Below are positions 19,078 to 30,783 of a DNA stretch of 64,000 nucleotides, piece after piece (position 1 is the first letter of the stretch; each line of letters starts with the position of its first letter). The translations under genes and the position numbers were made by a program. Below the pieces are notes generated by a model. The model worked only from the letters and a program-made list of their open reading frames with translations, was not told the DNA's origin and did not search any database. Origin of the DNA: an uncultured Actinomycetota bacterium (GTDB lineage: Bacteria; Actinomycetota; Thermoleophilia; Solirubrobacterales; Solirubrobacteraceae); contig CAVZTL010000005.1 of NCBI GenBank assembly GCA_963778215.1, forward strand, positions 103,985-167,984. Reading direction: 5' to 3'.

Positions 19078-21738
19078 TCATTCCTCCACGCCGTCTCGGC
19101 TGATCAGGCCCAGCCTGATCGCGGCGGGGCCAACCTGGCCTCGCGTGCGCACATCGAGCTTGCGCAAGATCGCGGAGACGTGGTGATCGACGGTTTTGGG
19201 ACTGACGATGAGCCGTTCGGCGACATCGGCGTTGCGTAGCCCCTCCACGAGCAGAGGCAGCACCTCGAGCTCGCGCGCGGTGAGGCCGGCCACGTTGGAG
19301 CGGGTGCGTTGCCTAGGGCCGCGCGGAATCGCCTTCTCTCCGAGCCCGCGAAGCTTCTTCGCCGCCCGCGCGGCGGCGGGGGTGGCGCCGAGTGCGCGCA
19401 GCTCCTCGTGCGCCTCTCGCAGTGCGATCGGGTCGTCGGTGTCCATCAGCGCGAGCGCCGCGGCGTACCGGCACCCGCGCTCGCGCAGGACCACGGCGGC
19501 GGACGCGCCGTCACCGGCGAGCAGAAGCCGCTGGTGTTCGGGCAGGGTCACGGCAGGTGGCCTGTCCAGGATGCCCGCGCGTCGACGCCAGACGGCGATT
19601 TCGCCTGACAGGGCCGCATTTCCCACGCGAATCAGCCGCCCGTACACCTCATCGGTTTCGGGTGCGACCTGCTCCACGCGTCCTTCGAGCCATGTCGCCT
19701 CGGCGCGGGCCAGCGCGACCTGCCCCTCCAAGTCGACGTCCGCGTTGGCGGCGGCGATCTGGAGCGCCTCATCCAGGAGCGGCCAATAGCCGGGGTCACC
19801 GCGCCGGGCCCGAACGAGGGCGAGAATGACGCGCCCCAGCAGACGGACCTCGATGATCGTCTCGTCACGATTGGCCAGCAGCTCGCTGGCGCCCTCGGCG
19901 GCCGCGTCCCAGCGGCCCAGGGCGAGCTCGGCCACGCCCCGGGCCGTCAACAAACACCGCAGCCAGGCGTCAAGCCCATGTTCGCGCGAATACTCGATGC
20001 CGGTTTCGGCGACGTTGAGCGCATCAGCCCAGCGCGCGAACAGCCCGAGGCCATAGGACAGCGATATGAAGATTGTCCCCGCGGACACCGTGAGCCCATG
20101 CTCCACAGCAAGGTCGATGGTCCGTTCGAGCTCAGAGGCTCCGGTCTCGTCGCCTCGGCACATGCGAAGAATGCCGACGAGGGCCAGCGGGCCGACCATC
20201 AGCTCCACGTCGTCGATCTCCTCCGCGATCGCCGCGGCACGTTGGGCCAGTTCGAGCGCCTCGGCAATATCGTCGTTCGAGCGGTAGGCGGCGTAGGCGT
20301 TGCGGGCCAACGCGAGCTCACGGCCGGGGGTGGCGCGCTCGAGTACGCGGACCGCCTCGGTCACGTCGGCTTGAGCCTCGGGGAAACGGCCGATACACGA
20401 CAGCAGCCGTGCGCGTCGCCGCAGCGCGTCGCCCTCGCGCAGGAGATCTCCCTCACGTCGGTAGGTCGAGATGGCCTCGGTCAACGCTTCGGCCGCTTCC
20501 GCGCGCTGGGTTCCGAGATAGGCGTGCACCGAGAAGCGCTCCTGCAGCTGCGCGCGCTCCTTGGGCGCCAGTTGACCCGCGAAGCGCAGCGCACGCATGT
20601 ATTGCCGCTCCGCTTCGCGCGGAGCTCCAAGGGCAGCGGCCTGTTCACCGGCGGCCGGCGCGTAGAGCAGCACGGCCGCTGGATCGGACGCCTCCTCTGC
20701 GTGATGGGCCAGGCGGGCGAGGTCGCCGCCGTGCTGGGTATCGGCCAGCGCCTTCAGCGCGTTCCGATGCAGTGCGACTCGTCGGGCCGGGGAGAGCGAC
20801 TCTTCGACGGCCTGCCGGGCGAGCTCGTGGCGAAACACGACGCCGTCCGCCTCGGCCCGCAGTACCCCAGAGCTGAGGCATTCGTCCAGCGCGCCGAGGT
20901 CGCCATCGGTCATCTTCTCGAGCAGCCAGACCTCTGACCGCTGCGGGACAGCGGCGACCGCGTCGAGCAGATCGCGCGCGCTCGGCCCAAGCCGGGCGAT
21001 TCTGGCCAGCACGGCGGCGCGCACCGTTCCCGGGACGGCCTCGCCTCCGGCGGCCAGCACCTCAGTGACGTAGAACGGGTTACCGGCGGTGCGCGAGTGC
21101 AGATCCTCGGTGTCGAGCGCCACCCCGCTGGCGAGTTCCGAAACGGCGGCGCGCGATAGGCCGCCCAGTTCCAGCCGCGCGCCGACGACCTGCCGTGGCA
21201 GTTCGCCGACGACAACCCCGAGTGGGTGGGTGCGGTGCAGGCAGTCGTCGCGGAAGCTCAGCACCACGAGGGTCGCCGCCGACTCGATTCGGCGCGCCAA
21301 CAGCCGTATGACGTCGAGGGTCGCCTCATCCGCCCACTGCAGATCCTCCAGCACGAGCACACTCGGCCCGCACCCGCGCAGCCCGCCGAGCACCGCGTCC
21401 GCCACCTCGTGCGGACGAGCCTCACCACCCACCAGCGCGGCCGCCTCGCCACCCAGCACTTCGGCCGGCGCCAGCAGCGGACCAAGCGGCCGCGGGGTCG
21501 ACAACGGGTCGCATGCTCCCCATAGGACAGTGAAACGGCGGGGAAGGGTCGAGCCGAACTGACGCAACAACGCCGTCTTGCCGATCCCCGCCTCCCCGTA
21601 CACGAGCGCGATACGTCCCTGACCCGCTTCAGCGATCTGCAACGCGCAGCCGTGCAGCTTGGACAACTCCTCCGTGCGCTCCAGCAGTCCGTCCGGAGTA
21701 GCCGACACGGATGAGCCGACGGTTGCCATCGTGACCAT
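19078..21738 (-). CDS. Large AAA-ATPase/LuxR-family transcriptional regulator (LAL/MalT-like)
   Basis: GEAGIGKT Walker A, VLEDLQWADEAT Walker B, GNPFY, C-terminal LTARELEVL...KTVDHHVSAILRKL. Confidence 0.95.
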   Translation of the reverse strand: MVTMATVGSSVSATPDGLLERTEELSKLHGCALQIAEAGQGRIALVYGEAGIGKTALLRQFGSTLPRRFTVLWGACDPLSTPRPLGPLLAPAEVLGGEAAALVGGEARPHEVADAVLGGLRGCGPSVLVLEDLQWADEATLDVIRLLARRIESAATLVVLSFRDDCLHRTHPLGVVVGELPRQVVGARLELGGLSRAAVSELASGVALDTEDLHSRTAGNPFYVTEVLAAGGEAVPGTVRAAVLARIARLGPSARDLLDAVAAVPQRSEVWLLEKMTDGDLGALDECLSSGVLRAEADGVVFRHELARQAVEESLSPARRVALHRNALKALADTQHGGDLARLAHHAEEASDPAAVLLYAPAAGEQAAALGAPREAERQYMRALRFAGQLAPKERAQLQERFSVHAYLGTQRAEAAEALTEAISTYRREGDLLREGDALRRRARLLSCIGRFPEAQADVTEAVRVLERATPGRELALARNAYAAYRSNDDIAEALELAQRAAAIAEEIDDVELMVGPLALVGILRMCRGDETGASELERTIDLAVEHGLTVSAGTIFISLSYGLGLFARWADALNVAETGIEYSREHGLDAWLRCLLTARGVAELALGRWDAAAEGASELLANRDETIIEVRLLGRVILALVRARRGDPGYWPLLDEALQIAAANADVDLEGQVALARAEATWLEGRVEQVAPETDEVYGRLIRVGNAALSGEIAVWRRRAGILDRPPAVTLPEHQRLLLAGDGASAAVVLRERGCRYAAALALMDTDDPIALREAHEELRALGATPAAARAAKKLRGLGEKAIPRGPRQRTRSNVAGLTARELEVLPLLVEGLRNADVAERLIVSPKTVDHHVSAILRKLDVRTRGQVGPAAIRLGLISRDGVEE

Positions 21739-21813
21739 GATTACTCGCCCCCGGTCCGCAATCAAGCCAGAAACAGCTGGCGATGAGTGTGATCGAGCAT
21801 TGCGGTGCCTCCG

Positions 21814-22086
21814 CTAGACATAGAAGTACGGGTCGAGAACGGTTACCTGAGTGATCTGGTCGACCGGCAACTGATTGCTGGCCGCCGCCCGGCGGATAGC
21901 CTCCGGGCTCGGCGCGTCGTATACGCAGAACGTGCAGGTCTTGTCCTCATTGACCAGGGAGTGCAGCCACGTCACTCCCTCCTCGGCGTTGCGCCCTACG
22001 ACACCGCTGCAGACAGCGGCGCCGTCATGATCGGTGGAGATGCGCAGCCCCTCGGGGAAGGTGCGCTGTACCAGGTATCGCGGCAT
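21814..22086 (-). CDS. DUF4242 (SCO4226 nickel-binding-like) protein
   Basis: MPRYLVQRTFP, VTWLHS, TFCVYDAPSPEAIRRAA, LDPYFY; GGAGG RBS. Confidence 0.88.
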   Translation of the reverse strand: MPRYLVQRTFPEGLRISTDHDGAAVCSGVVGRNAEEGVTWLHSLVNEDKTCTFCVYDAPSPEAIRRAAASNQLPVDQITQVTVLDPYFYV

Positions 22087-22281
22087 GCAGGACCTCCGAT
22101 AATCGTTGCCCGATGACACGGCTTCAAGGTAGGCGAGGGCGTCACGGCGGTCATCGGGAGGACCACCCATCTTGCGCCGAGCCGGCCGACGGGACTTTCC
22201 GAACTGAGCTCTCGCTGACCGTTGGCCGAGGCTCAACGCCAGTTGGTCCTTCAGGGCGACTTCTTCAGAGCCACCAGCTGG

Positions 22282-22884
22282 TCACGCGTGGTCGTGCATC
22301 CCGAAGCCCTCCAGGATCTTCGGCCTGGCCCGCTCGATACGTGCGAAGCGCGTCGGGGACTGCTTGGCGCCGTTGAAGTGCAGCAGCCAGCCGCGTCGGC
22401 GGCCGGGGGTCAGGCGCTCCCACGCGTCGCGCAGGCCGGGGTCGGCATCGAGCGTCATGACCAACTCCTCAGGGTACGGATCCTCGTCCGTGGGATCGCG
22501 ATCGGGGAGCGACAACCCGGCTTGCTCGACGCGGATGGCGTCCCGCACGAGGGCTGCGATCGTACGCTTTGCGGTGGTGATGTCTGCCACGCAGCGAAAC
22601 TCGAGGCGCAGCGCGCGGCGAGTGTTGCGGCCCTGCTGCCTGAGCGCACCGGCGGGATCCTCGAGCAGCGCACCCTTGAAGAACAGCAGTGCACACATCT
22701 CCTTGAACGGCTGGAAGATGACGACGTTCGATCCGTTGTAGGCGTAGCACGGCTTGTACCACTTGAACTCCTCGCGCAGTCCGGCGCCGAGCAGTATCGG
22801 CCGCAGGGTCTCCAGCTCGGCTCGCCACGCATGCATGCCCTCGATGTAGCGCGCGACCTTCGGATTCTCCGGCGTGGCGGTCAA
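22282..22884 (-). CDS. YdeI/OmpD-associated family protein
   Basis: EEFKWYKPCY, LFFKGALLEDP, LTPGRRRGW..AKQSPTR. Confidence 0.9.
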   Translation of the reverse strand: MTATPENPKVARYIEGMHAWRAELETLRPILLGAGLREEFKWYKPCYAYNGSNVVIFQPFKEMCALLFFKGALLEDPAGALRQQGRNTRRALRLEFRCVADITTAKRTIAALVRDAIRVEQAGLSLPDRDPTDEDPYPEELVMTLDADPGLRDAWERLTPGRRRGWLLHFNGAKQSPTRFARIERARPKILEGFGMHDHA

Positions 22885-23101
22885 CCGCGGGCTCGGGTCG
22901 ACGCCGCTCTAGCCCCCGCATCTGCGCCAGACTCAGTGTCGGCGAGTGCCCGACCGGCCACGGACATCGAACGGACAGCAGCTGCGACAGGCAAGCAATC
23001 ATTATGTCTTCATACGTACGAACCCGCCGTCCACGCCCTGCCATGGATCATCGCCAGGGTGCACTGCCGGGCGGGCGCGCGGCGGATAGGGTCTTGCCCA
23101 C

Positions 23102-23737
23102 ATGAGCCAGACCGAGACGGCAGCCCAGGCCGGAATCATCGTTGGCCAGGATGACCTCGCACGGTGCGCCTGGGCCGATTCGGCCCCCGAGTACCGCCGA
23201 TACCACGACACCGAGTGGGGCTTTCCGGTCTCCGACGACCGTCGCCTGTTCGAAAAGCTGAGCCTCGAGGGGTTCCAGGCCGGCCTGTCGTGGCTCACGA
23301 TCCTGCGCAAACGTGACGCTTTCCGCGAGGTACTGGCCGATTTTGACTTTGAGCAGGTGGCTCGGTTCGGCCCGGTCCACGTGATCGAGCTGATGGGCGA
23401 TGCCAGGATCGTGCGCCACCGCGGCAAGATCGAGGCGGTTATCAACAACGCCCAGCGGGCCGTCGAGCTCGTGGCCCAGGAGGGGTCGCTGGCCCGTCTC
23501 ATCTGGAGCTACGAGCCCCCAGGCCCGCGTCCGGCTCCGGTGGCAGGTCAGGTCCCCGCCGCCACCGCGGAGTCCAAGGCACTCGCGCGCGAGTTGAAGC
23601 GGCGCGGCTGGCGCTTCACAGGACCGACCACGGTCTACGCGTTCATGCAGGCGATGGGCCTGGTCAACGATCACCTCGCCGGTTGCCACGTACGTGCTGC
23701 CACCCAGGCGGCCCGCGATCAGTTCAACCGCCCCTGA
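23102..23737 (+). CDS. tag: DNA-3-methyladenine glycosylase I
   Basis: RCAW, YHDTEWG, LEGFQAGLSWLTILRKR, FTGPTTVYAFMQAMGLVNDH..C. Confidence 0.96.
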   Translation: MSQTETAAQAGIIVGQDDLARCAWADSAPEYRRYHDTEWGFPVSDDRRLFEKLSLEGFQAGLSWLTILRKRDAFREVLADFDFEQVARFGPVHVIELMGDARIVRHRGKIEAVINNAQRAVELVAQEGSLARLIWSYEPPGPRPAPVAGQVPAATAESKALARELKRRGWRFTGPTTVYAFMQAMGLVNDHLAGCHVRAATQAARDQFNRP

Positions 23738-23785
23738 GCTCGGGTAGCCAACGCGAGGAGCAGAAAACGACCACGAGGTGAAGTC

Positions 23786-24838
23786 ATGGGTCTGATCGAA
23801 TCGGTTCGCGGTGGGATGTGGGCGCGCCAGCGGCAGCCTGACGAGGTGGCCTATGGCCTGGCGCTGGGCCACGAGCGCTTCTCGCCGGGGGAGCTGCTTG
23901 AGCAGGCGGTGGCCGCCGAGCGGGCCGGCTTCGATCTGGTCTGCGGCAGCGACCACCTGGCTCCGTGGTGGGAGCCCGAACCCGACACGCCCGCCAGCTG
24001 CGGCAACGCCTGGGTTTGGCTGGGCGCCGTCGGCAACGCCACCCGGGAGGTGTCCCTCGGTCCAGCGGTGACGGCGATCGTTCACCGCTACAACCCCGTG
24101 GTCGTCGCCCAGCAGGTGGCGACGCTCGAGAGCATGTATCCCGGTCGTTCGTTCCTGGGGGTTGGCTCCGGCGAGGCGATGAACGAGGTCCCGGCCGGCA
24201 TGGAATGGCCGTCGGTGAGTGAGCAGCTCAAGCGCACCGAGGAGGCGCTCACGATCATCAAGCGGCTGCTCGACCGCGAGACCGTCGACTTCAACGGCGA
24301 GTTCTTCCGGACCAAGGCGGCCCGCCTCTTCCTCGACTACGCTCGCCGGCCGCCCATCTATATGTCGGCCTTCGGCCCGCAGGCAGCAGAAATCGCCGGG
24401 CGGCTGGCCGACGGCCTCTGGACGCTGGCCGACCCCCAGAAGGCGCCGGCGGTGATCGCCGCCTACCGGCAGGCGGCCGAGCGGGCCGGCCGCGAACCGG
24501 GCGAGGTGATCCTCCAGGGTGTGGCCTCGTGGGCCGAAAGCGATGAGGCCGCGCTTGAGGGCTCGCGCGAATGGAAGGCCACCATGGTCGACGAGAACTA
24601 CACCGACCCCGTGGCCGACCCTGGTGAGGTCGGCGCCAGGGGCGAGGCGGTCTCCGACGAGAAGTTCACGGCCATGAACCTGATAAGCGCCGATCCGGAC
24701 GAGCACGTCAAGCAGATCAAGATGATCAAGGAGATGGGTGCGACGGCGATCGTGATCATGAACATCTCGGGCGCCGATCCGCGCGGAATGATCGATGTCT
24801 ACGGCGAGCATGTTTTGCCCCGGTTGCGAGCCTCCTGA
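23786..24838 (+). CDS. F420-dependent LLM-class oxidoreductase (G6PDH-like)
   Basis: HERFSP, SDHLAPW, RYNPVVVAQ, LGVGSGEAMNE. Confidence 0.92.
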   Translation: MGLIESVRGGMWARQRQPDEVAYGLALGHERFSPGELLEQAVAAERAGFDLVCGSDHLAPWWEPEPDTPASCGNAWVWLGAVGNATREVSLGPAVTAIVHRYNPVVVAQQVATLESMYPGRSFLGVGSGEAMNEVPAGMEWPSVSEQLKRTEEALTIIKRLLDRETVDFNGEFFRTKAARLFLDYARRPPIYMSAFGPQAAEIAGRLADGLWTLADPQKAPAVIAAYRQAAERAGREPGEVILQGVASWAESDEAALEGSREWKATMVDENYTDPVADPGEVGARGEAVSDEKFTAMNLISADPDEHVKQIKMIKEMGATAIVIMNISGADPRGMIDVYGEHVLPRLRAS

Positions 24839-24886
24839 GCTCGACGATGCGAGCGTCCTGAGCCGGGCGATGCGAGCGTCCGGAAC
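24825..24886 (+). repeat. Degenerate 23-bp tandem repeat (about 2.7 copies) spanning the LLM stop codon
   Basis: TGCGAGCCTCCTGAGCTCGACGA / TGCGAGCGTCCTGAGCCGGGCGA / TGCGAGCGTCCGGAAC. Confidence 0.7.
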
Positions 24887-24905
24887 ACCCTGACTGCCGT
24901 TCGAC

Positions 24906-24933
24906 TCACCCCCTGGGCCGCATCTGCCGATGC
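24906..24933 (+). promoter_or_regulatory. Putative sigma28/WhiG-type promoter
   Basis: TCAC-N16-GCCGAT about 40 nt upstream of a small gene. Confidence 0.45.
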
Positions 24934-24971
24934 ATGCCAGACATCCGGTCAATGCAGTGACGAAAGCAGTG

Positions 24972-25262
24972 ATGTCCATGCAGACGACACAACTGGAACG
25001 GCCACCCGAGGAGGCAGCTGAGCAACCGCTTCGCGAGCTGAACTCCCGAGTTACCGACGGCCTGCAGGTGCGGCTTCTCTGGAGCGAGACCGACGGCCGG
25101 GTGTTCGTGCGCGTCGAGGATCGGCGCAACGGTGACCGGTTCTGCATTCCCGTCCAGGCGGGGCAGTCGCCCGCCGACGTCTTCGACCATCCGTACGCGT
25201 ACGCGCCGGCCGTGCCGACCGCGCCTGCCGGGCCGACCGCCCCCGCCACGCCACCGGCCTAA
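24972..25262 (+). CDS. Small actinobacterial hypothetical protein
   Basis: RELNSRVTDGLQVRLLW...FDHPYAY pattern resembles a widespread actinobacterial family of unknown function. Confidence 0.75.
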   Translation: MSMQTTQLERPPEEAAEQPLRELNSRVTDGLQVRLLWSETDGRVFVRVEDRRNGDRFCIPVQAGQSPADVFDHPYAYAPAVPTAPAGPTAPATPPA

Positions 25263-25301
25263 CGCCCCCGCCCCCGTCGCCGACGCGTAAGCTCGGGCCG
25301 G

Positions 25302-26355
25302 ATGCCTCGGCCCCACGATGTCGCGATCATCGGCTACGGCCTGGCCGGCCGCGTCTTCCACGCGCCGCTGGTGGCGGCGACGCCCGGCCTTCGGATGGCC
25401 GCGATCGTCACCTCCGATCCCGAGCGCAAAATGCAGGCGCTCAGCGACCACCCCGACGCGCGCGTCGTGGGCTCGGCGGACGAGCTCTGGACTCTGGGCC
25501 TGGACGCCGTCGTCGTCGCGACGGCCAACGAGGCACACGCGCCGCTGGCCTGGCAGGCCATCGATCACGGCCTCGCGGTGGTCGTCGAGAAACCGCTGGC
25601 CCTCAGCGCCGAGCAGGCCGAAGAGCTGATCGCCCACGCGGCTGAGCGCGGCGTTCCGCTAACGGTCTTTCATAACCGCCGCTGGGACTCCGACCAGCTG
25701 ACGTTGGCCAAACTGCTCCAGGCAGGCGCGCTCGGCACGGTCCTGCGCTACGAATCGCGGTTCGAGCGCTGGCGCCCGCAGGCGCGTCCCGAGGTTTGGC
25801 GCGAAGCCAAGACTCCGTCCCAGGGTGGCGGGCTGCTGCTCGACCTGGGCAGCCATCTGGTCGATCAGGCGCTGCAGCACTTCGGGCCGGTCGCGCTCGG
25901 TCTACGCTGAGATCGCCAATCGCCGAGGCACCCCTGCCGATGACGATGCCTTCATGGCGCTCACGCACCGCTCGGGGCCGATCAGTCACCTGCACGCCTC
26001 GGCGCTCGCCGCCGCGCCCGGCCCGCGCCTGCGGGTGCTGGGCAGCGAGGCGGCGCTGATCGTCCGCGAGGTCGACTCGCAGGAGGAGCGGCTGCGCGCC
26101 GGCCAGCGCCCGGACACCGTGGCGGACTGGGGTGAGGAGCCCGAGCACGCTCGGCCGCGGCTGATCGCCGGCGAGCGCAGCGTGCCGCTGCGCGCCGGAG
26201 CGCGGCGCCTGGCAGAGCTTCTACGCGCGGTTCGAGGCGGCCCTGTCGGGTCACGGGCGGTGCCGGTGGACCCGCGCGAAGCCGCTGACGTGCTGCGCGT
26301 GCTCGAGGCCGGGCGACGCAGCGCGGCCGAGCACCGCGTGGTCGCCCTGGACTGA
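25302..26355 (+). CDS. Gfo/Idh/MocA-family oxidoreductase (indel near 25898)
   Basis: [41 protein letters not shown]. Confidence 0.92.
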
Positions 26356-26386
26356 TTCGGCCCCTGATCAGGCCGTCGGGCCCCGA

Positions 26387-28028
<1,642 letters not shown>

Positions 28029-28032
<4 letters not shown>

Positions 28033-29409
28033 GGGTAGATCGCCCTCAGCTTGGCGGCCTCGGACACGTGGCTGATCGCGCAGGCCAGCGCCGCGGTGCG
28101 GTTGTCGACACTCGAGCTGGTCCGCCGTCGCCCGCACCCGCGCGAAGGCGCCCCGCATCTGCGTGCGCAGCCGCTCGCGGACCTCGAGCGCCTCCCAGCT
28201 GTACTTCTGATGGCTCTGCACCCACTCGAAGTAGCTGACGATCACGCCGCCGGCGTTGGCGAGGATGTCCGGGATCACGGTGATCCCGCGCTCAGCCAGG
28301 ATCCGGTCGGCGGCCGGCGTGGTCGGGCCGTTGGCCGCCTCGACGATCAAGCCGGCACCGCAGGTCGGCCCGCGTTTGCCTCGGGTGATCTGCTCCTCCC
28401 GGGCGGCCGGGACCAGCACGTCGCAATCGAGCTCGAGCATCGCCATCGCCGTCGACCGGCTCCGCCTCCGGATAGCCCTCGAGGTACTGGTTCTCGGCCA
28501 CCCAGCGCATCACGGCCGGGATGTCCAGGCCGTGCGGGATGCGTGATCGCGCCGCGGATGTCGCTCACGGCGATCACCCTGGCGCCCCGGGCGTGCAGTT
28601 CCTGCGCGACCACCGAGCCGACGTTGCCGAAGCCCTGCACGACGAAGCGGGACTCGGGCAGCGACCAGCCGAGCTCCTCGAACGTGGACTCGATCGCGAA
28701 GACGACGCCGAGACCGGTCGCGTTTCTCGCGCCCGACGGTCCCGCCGAGCGCCACCGGCTTGCCGGTCACGACGGCCGGCACGGCATAGCCGACCGACTG
28801 CGAGTAGGTGTCGTAGATCCACGCCATCTCCCGCTCCCCGGTGCCCATGTCAGGCGCCGGGATGTCCACATCGGGGCCGAGCACGGGGAGCAGCTCGGCG
28901 GCGAAGCGACGGGTGATCCGCTCCAACTCTCCGGCCGACAGCGAGTACGGGTCGCAGCGCACGCCGCCCTTCGCGCCGCCGAACGGCAGGTTCACCAGCG
29001 AGCACTTCCAGGTCATCCACATCGCCAGCGCGGCGCATTCACCGAAGCCGAGATCGGGGGCGTAGCGCAGGCCGCCCTTGGTCGGGCCCATCGTCAGCGT
29101 GTGCTGCACGCGGTAGCCGGTGTAGTTGACCACCTCGCCCGAGTCCATCCGCACCGGGAAATTGACCACCAGCGACCGGCGCGGCTCGAGCAGCCGGGTG
29201 CGCAGCTCGTCGTCGAGCGCGAGCACGTCGGCCGCGCGCGCGAACTGCCGGCAGGCCATGGCGTACAGCGGCGAGTGCCACTCCTCGCCGAAGGGCACAT
29301 CGTCGGGCCGTAGATCGCCCGGCCACGCCGCTGCACGGCCGGGCGCTGGAGCGTCCTGCGGCGGCCGCGAGGTCACGGACCCGGAGCTCTCCGATTGTTC
29401 TTGATTCAT
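28029..29409 (-). CDS. gdhA: Glu/Leu/Phe/Val dehydrogenase, glutamate dehydrogenase type (several indels)
   Basis: [71 protein letters not shown]; ATGA overlap with hutU. Confidence 0.92.
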
Positions 29410-29426
29410 GGCCTCGCTGCCCCGGG

Positions 29427-29464
29427 CACTTTCATCTGACGGAAGTGTATTTCAGTAAATGGTA
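29427..29464. promoter_or_regulatory. Putative tandem IclR operator sites in the divergent gdhA/IclR promoter
   Basis: CACTTTCA-TCTGA-CGGAAGTG imperfect palindrome and a second TTTCA-N5-TGGTA 20 bp away, in an AT-rich patch. Confidence 0.5.
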
Positions 29465-29504
29465 GATTCGCCGTTCCCCCTCGTCAATCTCGTCCTTCGC
29501 TCTC

Positions 29505-30206
29505 ATGACCGACCCCTCGCCGGGCCCCGCGGCCCACGCCGACAGTGGCTCGACCCGCACCGTCGACCGGGCCTTTGCTCTGCTCGAAACTGTCACTGCG
29601 AGTGCAGGCGGCACGACGCTGAGTGAGCTCGCGCGGGCGACCAGCCTGTCGCCGGCCACTGCTTCGCGGCTGCTTGCCACCTTGGTCAAGCGGGGCCTGG
29701 TCCGCCGCGATGACCAGGGCTGCTATCGCGTGGGCCTCGGGCTGATGCAGATGGCCGCCCTGGTTCTGCGCGGCTCGCCGCTGCACGAGCTGGCCGGGCC
29801 CCACCTGACCGCGCTGGCCCAGGCGACCAACGAGACGGCCAACCTCGGAATCGCTGTCGATGCCGAGCGCGCGCTCTACCTCCGCCAGGTGGCCGGCGAC
29901 CACCGAGTGCAGACTGCCGCCTGGACCGGTCGCACGATCCCGCGCCACGGGACCGCGGTGGGCGCGGCTCTGGCTGAGCAATTGGGAGCTCATGGCTATG
30001 CCATCAGCCGCGGCTCACTGGAGCCCGACATCACGTCGATCGCCGTGCCCGTGCGGGACTATCAGGCCAAGATCGTCGCTGTGCTCAGCATCCTCGCCCC
30101 GAGCTACCGCACCGGTGAGGCGGACGCGGACCGATACGGCCTGCTGCTGGTGGAGCACGCCGCGCAGCTGTCCTCAGAGCTCGGCGCCACCGGCCCCGTG
30201 AGCTAG
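29505..30206 (+). CDS. IclR-family regulator (probable hut regulator)
   Basis: TVDRAFALLE HTH, TNETANL, TAVGAAL, SIAVPV. Confidence 0.93.
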   Translation: MTDPSPGPAAHADSGSTRTVDRAFALLETVTASAGGTTLSELARATSLSPATASRLLATLVKRGLVRRDDQGCYRVGLGLMQMAALVLRGSPLHELAGPHLTALAQATNETANLGIAVDAERALYLRQVAGDHRVQTAAWTGRTIPRHGTAVGAALAEQLGAHGYAISRGSLEPDITSIAVPVRDYQAKIVAVLSILAPSYRTGEADADRYGLLLVEHAAQLSSELGATGPVS

Positions 30207-30216
30207 GTTCTGGCCG

Positions 30217-30783
30217 ATGACCGAGCTGAAGTGGCCCGATCCGCCGCTGGCCGATGAGGTCGTCCAGCTCCGCCCCTGGTTACCGGCCGACCTCGGGTTC
30301 ATCGTGGCGGCCTGCCAGGACCCGGAGATCTCTCGGTTCTCGCCGGTCATCCCGGTGCCCTACACGCGGTCGGACGCGAGCGGGTGGTTCTTGACGCAGG
30401 AACCCAATCGCCTGGCCGGAAACTCGATGGACTTCGCCGTCGCCGAGGCCGCGAGCGGGCGGCCCTTGGGAGCGATCGGTCTGCACCGGGTCGACTCCCA
30501 GCTGCTCACCGCCGAGACGGGTTACTGGCTAGCGCCTGAAGCCCGTGGGCACGGATACATGACTCGCGCCGTCCGGCTGCTGGCCGGCTGGGTCTTCGAC
30601 CAGCTGCACTTTGCCCGGCTCGAGCTGCGGACCGACCCGGCGAACATCGCCTCCCAGCGAATCGCCCAGCGCTGTGGTTTCCGCCCGGAGGGTCATCTGC
30701 GCTCCAACCTGGTCGTGCTGCACAGTGGTCGGCGGCGCGACTCGCTCGTCTACGGCCTGCTGCCCGGGGAACTCGCGTCCTGA
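30217..30783 (+). CDS. GNAT N-acetyltransferase (RimJ/RimL type)
   Basis: GYWLAPEARGHG, NIASQRIAQRCGF. Confidence 0.92.
   Translation: MTELKWPDPPLADEVVQLRPWLPADLGFIVAACQDPEISRFSPVIPVPYTRSDASGWFLTQEPNRLAGNSMDFAVAEAASGRPLGAIGLHRVDSQLLTAETGYWLAPEARGHGYMTRAVRLLAGWVFDQLHFARLELRTDPANIASQRIAQRCGFRPEGHLRSNLVVLHSGRRRDSLVYGLLPGELAS

Noticed and set aside
23048-25249. 733-aa minus-strand ORF, and similar long antisense ORFs (e.g. 39889-42279, 43319-44635, 56519-57931)
   Set aside because: Shadow ORFs opposite well-supported genes, expected in high-GC DNA, with no recognisable motifs.
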